A DNA stretch of 64,000 nucleotides from Marsupella aquatica. Taxonomy: Eukaryota; Plantae; Marchantiophyta. Positions 36,301 through 47,573 of the stretch are shown here, one piece after another (the stretch's first letter is position 1; the number at the start of each line of letters is the position of its first letter). Below the pieces are notes generated by a model. The model saw only the letters and a program-made list of their open reading frames with translations, was not told where the DNA came from and searched no databases. The translations under genes were made by a program, and so were the position numbers. The DNA is taken from positions 10,815,135 through 10,879,134 of the forward strand of contig OZ316899.1 in assembly GCA_973895155.1 (NCBI GenBank), written 5' to 3'.

Positions 36301-37349
36301 CTGGCTGGGTGATAGGTGGTGGGGTTTGGCTAGGCTGCGGCTGAGGCTGAAGCTGAAGTTGAGGCTGGGGTTGCATGGGCACGGGTACGGGTACAGGTCC
36401 GACTGAGTTGGTCATGTTGGTTGATGGCCGAGTTCCCATGAAGCTCTGCAGGTGCTGGTAGAAGTTCTCCGAAGCGAGTGCGGACGCCCTTGTCGAACGG
36501 TTGGTACTGGACTCGCCGTTAATGACAGCCCGAACCTGGGCAGGGATGTGGTCGAAGTGATGTCGCTGTAGGTCGATTGTACCCGGGATATTGAAGACCT
36601 CGTCCGGAAGCCGAAGCAATGCTTCCCAGAACCCGATATATTTGTCTCCGTTGAAGAAGTACCCAGATACCTCAGCTGGTCGGTAAAGCTCGCTCTGAGA
36701 CGGGTAGTCAAAGTTAAGGACGTAGTGGTGTCGTCCTGCTAGGCGGATGGCTCTCTCGTATTCGCGTTCGATCTCGTATCGGCGCGGGTTGGCATGTTTC
36801 AATGAATCGGCCAAGTGCCTTCCGGTAGATAGGAACTGCGTCCAGAATCGAATGGCCGAGCTGGAGAGGATCGTGTGCGACATTCAGAGGAGATAGTAGT
36901 GGCGACCTAGAGAGAACGAGAGAGCTGGGGTCGAAGCTGGCGCGCGGACTGATGGACTGGTGCACTACAAAGGGTTGGCTCCCCTTTTATACTTTGAGGG
37001 CTTGTCGATCCCCGACGTCTCCTCGACGCCCATAGGTTGAACCGCTCACGCTTGTGGTGTACCGGCCACTCCGCCGGTCTGAGTCAGCGTGCGTCAGTGG
37101 CCGCTTCCTTAAGTTCGTTATACGGACCCGAGGGAGGGGCCCCTCCATGCTCGTAACCCGGGTGTGCGAATAGCGACCCGCCGCCAGCCCAAACCTGAAG
37201 TCCCCCTTATTGCCTAATGATGTCCTACCCCTAATGATTACCTAAATACTGTCGTTATGCTAATAATAGCGGCCTAAGACCCACCTAACGCGCGTGCCGA
37301 GCGCAGTTAGACTGAATCACTCATTAACCGCCGTATCGGCGGCGTCACA
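33342..37349 (-). repeat. 3' LTR of Gypsy C (4008 bp)
   Basis: TGTCACGTC...GGCGTCACA; direct repeat of 43434-46938. PPT aagcagggagcta immediately upstream on the minus strand (37350-37362). Confidence 0.97.
34241..36883 (-). pseudogene. LTR-encoded accessory protein (~880 aa; one CGA>TGA stop at 35363-5)
   Basis: Same gene as 44334-46472. MTEFIKNY...LRGRNMSLTEEWLKMIFGLPEG..KWASYF resembles Athila/Tat extra-ORF plant transposon proteins; C-terminal coiled coil. Confidence 0.85.
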
Positions 37350-40300
37350 TAGCTCCCTGCTTAATTGTGAAGCGTCCCCGCGAACATCGCTATCGGCGTC
37401 GTCATCTTGATGGTGGTACTTTTTTACACGATCGTAGCTGATTCGCGTGGGGAGTAAATCGCTGGCATACGTCGCAAGCTCCAAAGATCCGTTTCGGTAG
37501 ATCTGATTGACAAGGAAGGGCCCCAACCACCGGGTATGCAGCTTCCCTGGAAACTGCATGTACCTACTATCGTACAGAAGGACTAGATCGCCTGCCACGA
37601 CGTCGACCCTCCGTAGTCCTTTGTCGTGCTGCTTCTTCGAAGTTGCCTGTTTCTTCACGGTGTGTCGAGCTGCCAGTAGCCGTGCTTCTTCCAAGGCTTC
37701 AATCTGATAAGCTCGGTCTGACAGACTTTCAGATTCAGGTAAGCGATCCCGAATGCTGACCCGTGGAGTGTGCACTTCAAATTCGACGAGCACCAACGAA
37801 TGTTGGCCGAACACCAGAAAGTACGGGCTGTGACTCGTAGTAGTTTTGTAAGCTAGATTATACGAGTACACCGCCGCGTACAACTTATCATCCCAATCCG
37901 TTTTGTGCGCAGCTACAGTTTTGTTGAGGATCTTCCCAATGATACCATTTGCTCTCTCCGCCATCCCGTTGGCTTTAGGATGATATGGGGTAGTCTTGCG
38001 GTGCTTGACTAGGTAACGCTCCGTGAGCTGGGCTACGGTGTCATTGAGGAAGTGGGTTCCACGGTCGCTTACCAATTCTAAGGGCGGTCCGAATCGGGTG
38101 AAAATCTGTTCGTATAAGAATCTGGCACTGGTTGCGGCGTCGTCCTTTACCGTAGCCCGCGCTTCGACCCATTTGGTGGAGTAATCAATAGCTAATAGGA
38201 TGTACCTGCACCTTCGCCTTCGGGTAACGGGAGTGAACGGTCCGATATAATCAATTCCCCATTTTTCGAATGGTGCCAATGGAAGCACAGATGTGAGCGG
38301 GTGATGATGAGCCCGCCTCGGGGCCCCCGCTCGCTGACACAAGTCACAGCCCTTAATGAAGCGCTGTACATCCCGATGCAACGTAGGCCACCAATACCCC
38401 GAGTCCAGAATCTTTCGGGCTGTCGTAACTGCCGCGAAATGGCCTCCAGCTTCTTCTTCATGCAGGGCCCGTATCACGATAAGTGTCTCCTTATACTCTA
38501 AGCAGCGTCGTAACTTTCCGTTAATACCTTCCTTATGTAGGTGACCCTGTATCATGACGTAAGGCCCGGCTTTCCGTAAAAACACAGCGGCGGCCTCCTA
38601 ATTGATGCCGTCAGGGATGCGGCCCGTTAAAAGGAAGGTGATTATTGAGCCGTACCACGTTGGTGTCCCTTCCCCCACGTGGAACAACTCCTCATCCGGA
38701 AAAATATCATCAATTGGCTGATCGACTGGTACGCCATCCAGTCGTGAAAAGAAATCGGCATTGAGGTGTACCCTTCCTGGCCGAACCCAAACTTCGTAAT
38801 TAAATTCCTGGAGAAGTAGCACCCACCGGGCTATCCGTCCTGTCACATCCGCTTTGTTGACCATGTACTTCAGGCTATCATGATCCGTGTGGAAAATGAC
38901 CTTGTAGCCTAGCAGATAGTGTCGGAACTTTTTACACGAGTAGATTATTCCCAAAGCTTCTCGATCAGTGGGGGAATAATTCTTTTCGGCTGCAAATAGT
39001 TGACGGCTAGCGAAATAGATGGGGTGATCACGTCCATCCTCATCTAGCTGACTAAGTACGGATCCGATACAGAACCCTGACACATCGACATACACGTGGA
39101 ACTCCTTATTCCAGTCTGGGGTGACCATGATAGGCGCGGTGGTGAGTCATTTACGGAGTTCCTCAAAAGCAATCCGTCTCTGGGGTGTCTCCTCGACCGC
39201 TGCGTCCTTCTTCATCATCTCAGTTAAGGGCAACACAATTTTAGCAAAGTCTTTAATGAACCGGCGGTAATACCCTACGCAGCCCAAGAAGGATCGTACT
39301 GCTTTTTGATCCAAGGGGAACACCACCGCCATCCAGGCCGCAACTTTCTCTTGGTCCACCTCAATGCCCCGTTTGGACACACGATGCCCGAGTAACACCC
39401 CCTCCTCTACCCCGAAGAAGCATTTGGCGGGATGTAGTTTGAGGTTAACATCTCGGCATCGTTGCAACGTTCGTCGTAGGTGTTCGGGGTGCATGGCAAC
39501 GGTTCCGAAGATGGCAAAGTCATCGATAAATATCTCCAAAAATTCCCGTAGGAAATCGTGGAAGATATTCATCATAAGGCGCTGAAATATAGCCGGGGCG
39601 TTACACAGACCAAAAGGCATCCTCCGAAATGCGAACGTTCCCCACTCCGTAGTGAAAGTTGTTTTGAGCTGATCCGTGAGACGAATCCAGATTTGGTTAT
39701 AACCTGAATACCCGTCAAGAAATGTATAGATTTCATTTCGGGCCACCATATCTAGAACCATATCCGTGAATGGTAATGGGTAATGGTCTTTTCGGGTTGT
39801 GTCATTCAGCTTACGGTAGTCCTGACAGATACGAATCTTAGGTTTTCCATCCGTACCTCCCTTCTTTGGTACAATGACAATGGGAGAGACCCAATCGCTG
39901 GCCATTACCGGGTAAATGATATCGGCGGCGAGGAGACGATCAATTTCCTCCTTCACTAAGATGGAGTACCTCGGATTCATGCGACGTTGTCGCTGTCGTA
40001 CCGCATGGGCTCCTAGGTTCAGATCGATTGTGTGTTCTCCCAACTCGGGGGAGACGCCTGTTAAATCATGATGACTCCATGCAAACACATCTTCATATTC
40101 CTTGAGCAAAGCTTGGATGGATTTTTCAGCCTTCCCCGTCAGAGCGTGGCCCAGGTTAAAAGATTTGTCCATCCCAATAGTGTACTTCCGGTAGTGCTCC
40201 TTCCTGATGACTTCAACCTGGTTTCGCAGACTTGGGTCCAGGCTCGCGTCAAGCTCAGCTAACCGAACCCCTCCGTACATGGGTGGGACCGGGATTGGTC

Positions 40301-41594
40301 TCGGGATGGGGTTTACTTCCTCCAATTGCGGAATGGACGGATCCCATGAGACTCGCTTTTTATGTCTCGGTCTCGAGTTTTCGGCCTCAGGCGGTTGTTG
40401 GGCTGGTTCATGGTTACGAGGCTCTGAAATGGAAGGAGTAGCCTCGACTCCCTGCTTAGCTGGAGCCGTGTCCTCCGTCTCGACGAGTTGTTCGTGCGTT
40501 TCCTCATCCCCGACAGTAGATGTACTTGGGGTGGACTCAATGGCAGCCCTCGGGTAATTTAGGAGATGTGTTTCTCGGGTTGCTTCAACTCCGAAGACAT
40601 CTTCCTCGGATAGGGACGAGATGAGTTCGATCATATTGAGTTCCTCTTCCTCCGAGGTCTCCGAATCAAATTCCTCGGGTCCTTGTGGGGTTTCTCCCTG
40701 ATAATCGTCCATTGCCCAGGATACCCGTACGGTGGGTTCCCCGAACCGTAGCTCCTTCTTTCCCCAATCCGTGACTACGCGGCCACCGTACAACCACGGC
40801 CTGCCCAGAAGAACCGGATAAGAGGAGGGACGAACCGGCCTCATGACTAAGAAGTTGAGATAGAACTCTACCCCTCCCACCAGAGTGAGCACTCGTGTGA
40901 GCGTGCCTAATGGGAGGACCCTTGCCCCGTTTGCTAATCTGATAGCTCGGGCCGTGGGTTGATACGTGAGGTATCCTAACTTGACTGACGTTTCTTCAGT
41001 CATGATGTTGACTCCCGCTCCTCCGTCTACAAGAACCATCTTGATGGTACAGTTATTAATTTCGATCGAGATGTCCGGCGCTCCAAGGTCCTCGCATATC
41101 ATGTTGCAGTCCGCACTCCCAACTCGGGGTAGTCTCCTCCTTCGGCGACCCATGAGCAACTCCCTCAGTTGTCGTCTGTACTGTGGGTTGTTCTGCAGCA
41201 GTTGCCCCACCGTCGCTGTAACCGGGCAACTCTTCACGTCCTCCTTAATATCATAGTCCTCCTTTGTTTCTTTCGTTGGCTGCTGCTTGGCTTCCTCTTG
41301 TTTATCTTGCTTTTCTTGCTCCTGACGCCGGGCTGTCTCGGCTGCTTTGATGTCCTTATCGATTGCCTTCTGGTATTCCCGAGCTTCGTAAGCCTCCAGC
41401 TGTTTCTTTACCAATTCTTCGATGCGGGGGAAAAACAGCTTCGGGTCGTCCCTTCGGTAGTCATCGTCCTTTTCCGGGGGTATATTTATCGCTGGCTGCA
41501 CCGGAGTAGTATCTTGCTTTTTCCTTTCGTTTCTCCTCCGTCTTTTCTTCCTTCCGTTCGGCCCTTGTCGACACTCGGTAGCACTCGGCCTCAT
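37317..41594 (-). pseudogene. pol: Gypsy C pol (PR, RT, RNase H, IN), with frameshift and stop
   Basis: VLVDGGAGVNIM; WVSPIVIVPKK; MPFGLCNAP; FIDDF; YVDVSG..YFASRQL..NYSPTDREAL; WGIDYIGP; VSDRGTHF; WLGPF. Confidence 0.95.
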
Positions 41595-43193
41595 CCAATG
41601 GATTAGGGTGTTCCGCCACGTCCACCAGATTCACCCACTCGGTGTTGTCATCTTGCCATTCTACAGCAATCATTTGGACGACTGCATCGCTCGTGACTGG
41701 TCCAGCCTGGGCCGGTCTAGCCGCACTCGTTCGAGCAGCGATTACCAACGGGCAGTTGGCCGTGGAATGAGCCTCCGTTTTGCAAACTTGACATAGTGGG
41801 GTGCCTCGGCCATCTCCCTGACGTCTTGGTTCGGTGCATTCCCTCGCAAAGTGTCCTGGCTTTTCACAGTTGTAACAAACCGGGGACGCCAAATCCCTGG
41901 CTTAGGAGGGATGCTCGGGTTACTGATAACCTGGAAACTCCGGCCATTACTTGGGTAGGGGTACGCAGTTCTACCCGCTAAATTACGCGGACCTACCGTT
42001 GAAATCTGGTACACGGAATCAGGAGGGTCCTCAAAGAAATACTCCGTGGACTCCGATTCGGGGCCCGGGTTGTCAACATCATCCAGCTCTACTTGGTGAA
42101 CTCGGTTCTTCCACCTTGGGCATTCCTGCACCACATGGCCGGATTGGAAGCACTTTGAACACCACGCATGGGTTCGAATCTCAGATGGCTTCTTCTTCTC
42201 CACCGGCTTTTCTGCAAGATGTACTGACAGTGCTTTGAGTCGATCCATGATTTCGTTCAGCTTGTCTGCTTCGGCAGCCTTTGGATCTGGTATCGTTCTT
42301 CGCGCCCGGGGTTTAATCTTCCCCTCCTTCTTCACTCATCTCTTCTTCTTTTTGCTCCGGCTTTTGCTCTCCAAGTCACTTCCTGATGAACTGGAGGTAG
42401 AGGATCCGATGCTTGAAGCTGAATCCGAACTGGATTCCGTCTCGGAGCTGGACGAGGTCGAACGATGTTTCTTCTTCTTCTTGCGTTTCTTCTTCCTCTC
42501 GTCGTCCGATTCGGAGTCACTGTCACTGAAGGTTTCGTACTTACCCTTCCTGCGGCGTGCTCGCTGGCTCCGCCGGGAGTTATAGGTGGACTCCCGGTAA
42601 GTTTCGGCGCACGCTATGGTCGCCTGCATTGAAATTGGATTATTCTGGCGTACCTAGAATTGCATATTCGTGGGCAAACCATGAAGGAACCATGTAAGCT
42701 GGAGCGCGTCTCCTGGCCTGGGCCGGATCTTGGCCGCAAGTTTCTGAAACTTCTGAATGAATTTCCGCAGGGACTCTTTTTTTCCCATGCGAAGCTGGCC
42801 AATCTTTAATAGAGAACGTTGTTCTGATCCAATGGCACGAAACTCCTGCAGCAATGCAGCTTGGAATTGTGCCCAGGTAGTCCCGGGTGGTAACGAGTTG
42901 TACCATGGACGAGCTTCTCCCCGCATCACTCCCGGGAGGACGGTTAGCTTAATGGTGTCTTCCCCATTAGCTTTAGCAGTGGCTTCAAACTCATCCAACC
43001 ATTCATCCGGATCATCCCCATGACGCCCTTTGAAAGGTCGATAATGAAATCGCGATCGTTGCGATATTTGTGGAGGCGCCTGAGCAGCGCGGGCCACCGG
43101 TGGAGCGGCTGCCATAGGTGGTGGTGGTGGTGGTGGTGGAACCGCAGCAGGGCCGGTCGAACCGGACCCCGAAGATCCCGGGGGTATGTTCAT
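41461..43193 (-). pseudogene. gag: Gypsy C gag (capsid, CCHC knuckles), frameshifted
   Basis: FKGRHGDDPDEWLDEF..; CSKCFQSGHVVQEC; CYNCEKPGHFAREC; CQVCKTEAHSTANC. Confidence 0.9.
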
Positions 43194-43403
43194 ACGTCGG
43201 GACGATTGCGAGTCCTCCGAGCCCGACGAGTCGGAGCTTGTTGTGGTTGCACTTTCTCATTCGCTGGTCAATCTCCTCAAGTAAGCTGCTTGAGAACGAG
43301 TGACGGGCATTTACTCATATAAATGCAATGGTTAGTACTACGTCCTGATGTATCCTGCCTAGATGAATACGCACATGTCTCCCCTCTATGATATGTAGAG
43401 TGC

Positions 43404-43421
43404 CCCCTCCATCTAGCGCCA
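43404..43421 (-). other. Primer-binding site of Gypsy C
   Basis: TGGCGCTAGATGGAGGGG 12 nt downstream of the 5' LTR end; a spaced TGG-start PBS as in Tat-type elements. Confidence 0.75.
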
Positions 43422-43433
43422 AAACAAAGGCTA

Positions 43434-46400
43434 TGTCACGTCATAGGCTTCGGCCTTAACTCAGACTTCAGCTTAGACGGGCACATCCCTCGTAAATCTG
43501 AGGGTTCGGGCAGGAAGGGAAGCACGTAATGCACCTTATTCTCGTAAACTAGCGCTAAGTGCACATACTGCTAAATACGGACACCTCCTAGGTATGGTTT
43601 GTGTTCCGCCGCCGGAACGTACCTTAGTCGATAGCAGGATCGACCCCGGCTTAAGGGTTTCTAAGCCTTCGTGCTGTCCGCCTTCGATCCGGATTCGATG
43701 ATACAGGTCCTCAACCCGTGCTCGCAACCACTTACCCGTAGGCTGCACCCTGTGCACGTCTCGGGTAGTGCGTTCGGCCTGGCGCTGCCACCCATATACG
43801 AGAAGCCCACACACATATGCGCACACATGCATACAATCTCGATTTACACGAAGGAAAATGATGGGAAAGGATTTTACTACAAAGGGAACATATGCGTACA
43901 CTTAGTTGACACGACAGCCCTGGAATGCACAGGTTCAAGGCCGAGGGTGCACACTACAACGGAGCCCGGCTCCGCACTCGCCCGGCGAGCTTAGTCCTAC
44001 CCCCTCCCCTTGGTACTCTGTCATTCCCAGAGGTCGGGACTCCCCGCATGTCCCGCGGATGTTCGACTCTGAAACTAAAAACCCCCCCCCTTGCCTCTAC
44101 CGAGGGGTGCACTAAATACTAAGAGCCGAGGAACGGGGTGTCCTCTCGCCGAAGATTCGCTGACTAAGGTCCTAACTAAGCTGACAGTCAGGCCGGAAAA
44201 CGGCTGTGTCTTATTAGAAGATCCTAATCTACGCAGGCTGGACAGTAGGGCAGCGCTGCTGTACCTAAGGCAGGTGCCTGTCCCAAGAGCCTGACTAAGC
44301 CAATCCTAATCCTAATCTATTCCTACTCCGCCGCTAATGCCTGGCACGCTTGCCAGAGCCGCCCGAATGGGAACGGCCATCCCGCTGCCTTCGAAGCCTG
44401 TCATTGTTCGCTTTGAGGAGCTGGACCTGGTCCAGCAGAGATTCGTTCTCTCGCCTCGCCGCGTCCGTCTCCTCTGCTGCCTCCTGACATGCCTCCTCCA
44501 GCTGCTGGGCGTCGCTCGTCAGTTTACTCGCCAGCTGGTCCTGCTTCTCGGCCTCGGTTTGGAGCCGCGCCATCTCGGCCTGCAGCGTGGCTATCTCCGT
44601 CGCGTCCCGCTGGGCTCGCTCCTCGGCCTCCTCCAGGTCTTTCTGCCAGGTGACAGCTTGTTTCTTCAAACTGTCAATCTGGTTCCGGAGTCGTGTAATC
44701 TCGGCCTCGTTCCCAGCTTTGGCCTGTTCGGCTAGGGCGGTAAGAGTGTACGCCTTTGCTAACAACTCATCGACGACCGACCCCTCCGGCGCCTCCTCGG
44801 TTACGATTACAGCTATTTGTGGAGGTGGGGTGGGTGAAGCTGGCGTGTCCACTGGACTTCGGGCCTCGGGTTGGGGCCGTCTCTCCAATGCCGGAAAAAC
44901 CCACCTAGCTGGGACCAGCTTTGTAACGTTGATGCGGGGAAGGGTTCGTCGATCAAACCGGGCGTACCACTCAAGAATGATTTCGATATGGCTAGCGAAA
45001 TACGCCTTCCCGCCAATGTACAGCGTCTTCCTTCGCCGCTCCATCTCTTCATGGAATTTCTTAGCGAAGTACGACGCCCATTTCCTAGGTCGATAGTTCT
45101 CGACCTGGATAACCTGGGCGGCGGAGATCTCCCCCCGGGGTTCCATCATGTGGAGAGCGTACCTCTGGAACTCCAGCCGCTCAGCTATCTCGGGCATGAG
45201 GCAGGTCCTCATCACGAACCCGTTGTCTACTGATCCCTCTGAGGGAAAACTTGAAGATTGGTACTTGGCCCCCTTGCCCCCGGGAGCCCGTGATTCGACT
45301 CGATGGTCACCTTCGGGTAACCCGAAGATCATCTTGAGCCGTTCTTCTGTGAGGGACATATTCCTTCCCCGCAGCCGAGTCTGTTGACGTACGTCGTCAT
45401 AATTCTTGACGAATTCTGTCATGTCCTCCCCGTAGTACCTGCAAGTGTTCCAGGGGAGAGAGGTGAGGTGCTCAAATCCCTGAGTCTTCAGGTACACCGC
45501 ATGCTTGGGATGGAGGATGTTGCTATGAACGTTTTCCCCCATGCGATGCATCGTCACCTTGGCTACGGCTACCGTGGCCAACGGTAACCCGGATGCAGTG
45601 GCGGATTCCTTCCTCTTCTTTCCCCGTGACTGACTCGGGGAAGGTGATACTTCCCCATCCTCCCGATCGGGCCTGGGGAGTGCCACTACGGTTGGTAACG
45701 GGCCCGGGGCGGCCACGATCACTATGTTGTCTGCTGGGGCCGCTCCTGGGGTCAGAGCAGGGGGTGGGGACGATATAGTGTCGGCCCCCCGCGCGCTTGT
45801 TCCTCTGGGCCGCCTGGTCAAGGGTGGGGTAGCCTCGTCGTCATCACTAAGATCCACAGCGTTGATGACGGAGCGTACCTGTGCTGGCTGGGTGATAGGT
45901 GGTGGGGTTTGGCTAGGCTGCGGCTGAGGCTGAAGCTGAAGTTGAGGCTGGGGTTGCATGGGCACGGGTACGGGTACGGGTACAGGTCCGGCTGAGTTGG
46001 TCATGTTGGTTGATGGCCGAGTTCCCATGAAGCTCTGCAGGTGCTGGTAGAAGTTCTCCGAAGCGAGTGCGGACGCCCTTGTCAAACGGTTGGTACTGGA
46101 CTCGCCGTTAATGACAGCCCAAACCTGGGCAGGGATGTGGTCGAAGTGATGTCGCTGCAGGTCGATTGTACCCGGGATATTGAAGACCTCGTCCGGAAGC
46201 CGAAGCAATGCTTCCCAGAACCCGATATATTTGTCTCCGTTGAAGAAGTACCCAGATACCTCAGCTGGTCGGTAAAGCTTGCTCTGAGACGGGTAGTCAA
46301 AGTTAAGGACGTAGTGGTGTCGTCCTGCTAGGCGGATGGCTCTCTCGTATTCGCGTTCGATCTCGTATCGGCGCGGGTTGGCGTGTTTCAATGAATCGGC

Positions 46401-46938
46401 CAAGTGCCTTCCGGTAGATAGGAACTGCGTCCAGAATCGAATGGCCGAGCTGGAGAGGATCGTGTGCGACATTCAGAGGAGATAGTAGTGGCGACCTAGA
46501 GAGAACGAGAGAGCTGGGGTCGAAGCTGGCGCGCGGACTGATGGACTGGTGCACTACAAAGGGTTGGCTCCCCTTTTATACTTTGAGGGCTTGTCGATCC
46601 CCGACGTCTCCTCGACGCCCATAGGTTGAACCGCTCACGCTTGTGGTGTACCGGCCACTCCACCGGTCTGAGTCAGCGTGCGTCAGTGGCCGCTTCCTTA
46701 AGTTCGTTATACGGACCCGAGGGAGGGGCCCCTCCACGTTCGTAACCCGGGTGTGCGAATAGCGACCCGCCGCCAGCCCGAACCTGAAGTCCCCCTTATT
46801 GCCTAATGATGTCCTACCCCTAATGATTACCTAAATACTGTTGTTATGCTAATAATAGCGGCCTAAGACCCACCTAACGCGCGTGCCGAGCGCAGTTAGA
46901 CTGAATCACTCATTAACCGCCGTACCGGCGGCGTCACA
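43434..46938 (-). repeat. 5' LTR of Gypsy C (3505 bp; 510-bp internal deletion relative to the 3' LTR)
   Basis: Direct repeat of 33342-37349; deletion junction aactcatCGacgacc at ~44771. Confidence 0.97.
44334..46472 (-). CDS. LTR-encoded accessory protein, open 712-aa copy (in-frame 170-codon deletion)
   Basis: Uninterrupted ORF, near-identical to the 3' LTR copy apart from the deletion and a PV-repeat expansion. Confidence 0.85.
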   Translation of the reverse strand: MSHTILSSSAIRFWTQFLSTGRHLADSLKHANPRRYEIEREYERAIRLAGRHHYVLNFDYPSQSKLYRPAEVSGYFFNGDKYIGFWEALLRLPDEVFNIPGTIDLQRHHFDHIPAQVWAVINGESSTNRLTRASALASENFYQHLQSFMGTRPSTNMTNSAGPVPVPVPVPMQPQPQLQLQPQPQPSQTPPPITQPAQVRSVINAVDLSDDDEATPPLTRRPRGTSARGADTISSPPPALTPGAAPADNIVIVAAPGPLPTVVALPRPDREDGEVSPSPSQSRGKKRKESATASGLPLATVAVAKVTMHRMGENVHSNILHPKHAVYLKTQGFEHLTSLPWNTCRYYGEDMTEFVKNYDDVRQQTRLRGRNMSLTEERLKMIFGLPEGDHRVESRAPGGKGAKYQSSSFPSEGSVDNGFVMRTCLMPEIAERLEFQRYALHMMEPRGEISAAQVIQVENYRPRKWASYFAKKFHEEMERRRKTLYIGGKAYFASHIEIILEWYARFDRRTLPRINVTKLVPARWVFPALERRPQPEARSPVDTPASPTPPPQIAVIVTEEAPEGSVVDELLAKAYTLTALAEQAKAGNEAEITRLRNQIDSLKKQAVTWQKDLEEAEERAQRDATEIATLQAEMARLQTEAEKQDQLASKLTSDAQQLEEACQEAAEETDAARRENESLLDQVQLLKANNDRLRRQRDGRSHSGGSGKRARH

Positions 46939-47069
46939 CCCTTTATAAGAAAAGCATCCATAAAAATGAACCTGAAACATATGGAACATTCATGGACTCT
47001 ACGGAGATCCACCCCAAGATAAATATGACCATAAATCAGCCTATTCATTAAAAGTGTATTATTATTTGA

Positions 47070-47330
47070 TTTATGTACATTTGGGCAATGAAAAGTGTAC
47101 TTTCGGGCTTGAAAAAGTGTACATTTGGCCAATGAAAAGTGTTTTGAACATCAAAATAGGTACATTTGGCTTTTAAAGTGTACATTTGAGTACATTTGGC
47201 CTAGAAAGTGTACATTTGAGTGAAAAATATATACATTTGGCTTAAAAAGTGTACATTTAAGTGCATTTGGTCTAGAAAGTGTAGCTTTGAGTGCAACAAA
47301 GTGTACATTTGGCCTAAAAAGTGTACCAAC
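47070..47330. repeat. Subterminal repeats AAAGTGTACATTTG of the Sola-like element (also 59620-59680)
   Basis: About 10 copies at the left end and 3 at the right end. Confidence 0.85.
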
Positions 47331-47573
47331 TCTTATTATAATCATTTAAAAGAAAGGAATGAATAGAAAAATATTTTTAATTATGCAAAAAAAGCAAACA
47401 TTCATATTCATAACGATCAAAAGTTTAGAAAATGAGGAGATAGTATAACTAACACTCAATGGCATGGTCTCACATTAAAACTATTAAAATAGTAAATAAC
47501 TAGTAGGTACTTGTTACTATCTAAGTAACTATCTATTTACTAATTATTATAGCTTTGCAAGTAACAACTAAGT

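Larger units (their letters stand above)
33342..46938 (-). mobile_element. Full-length Ty3/Gypsy retrotransposon C with very long ORF-bearing LTRs
   Basis: 5-bp TSD CCCTT (33337-41, 46939-43); near-identical LTRs with TG..CA ends; PBS, gag-pol and PPT present. Confidence 0.97.
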
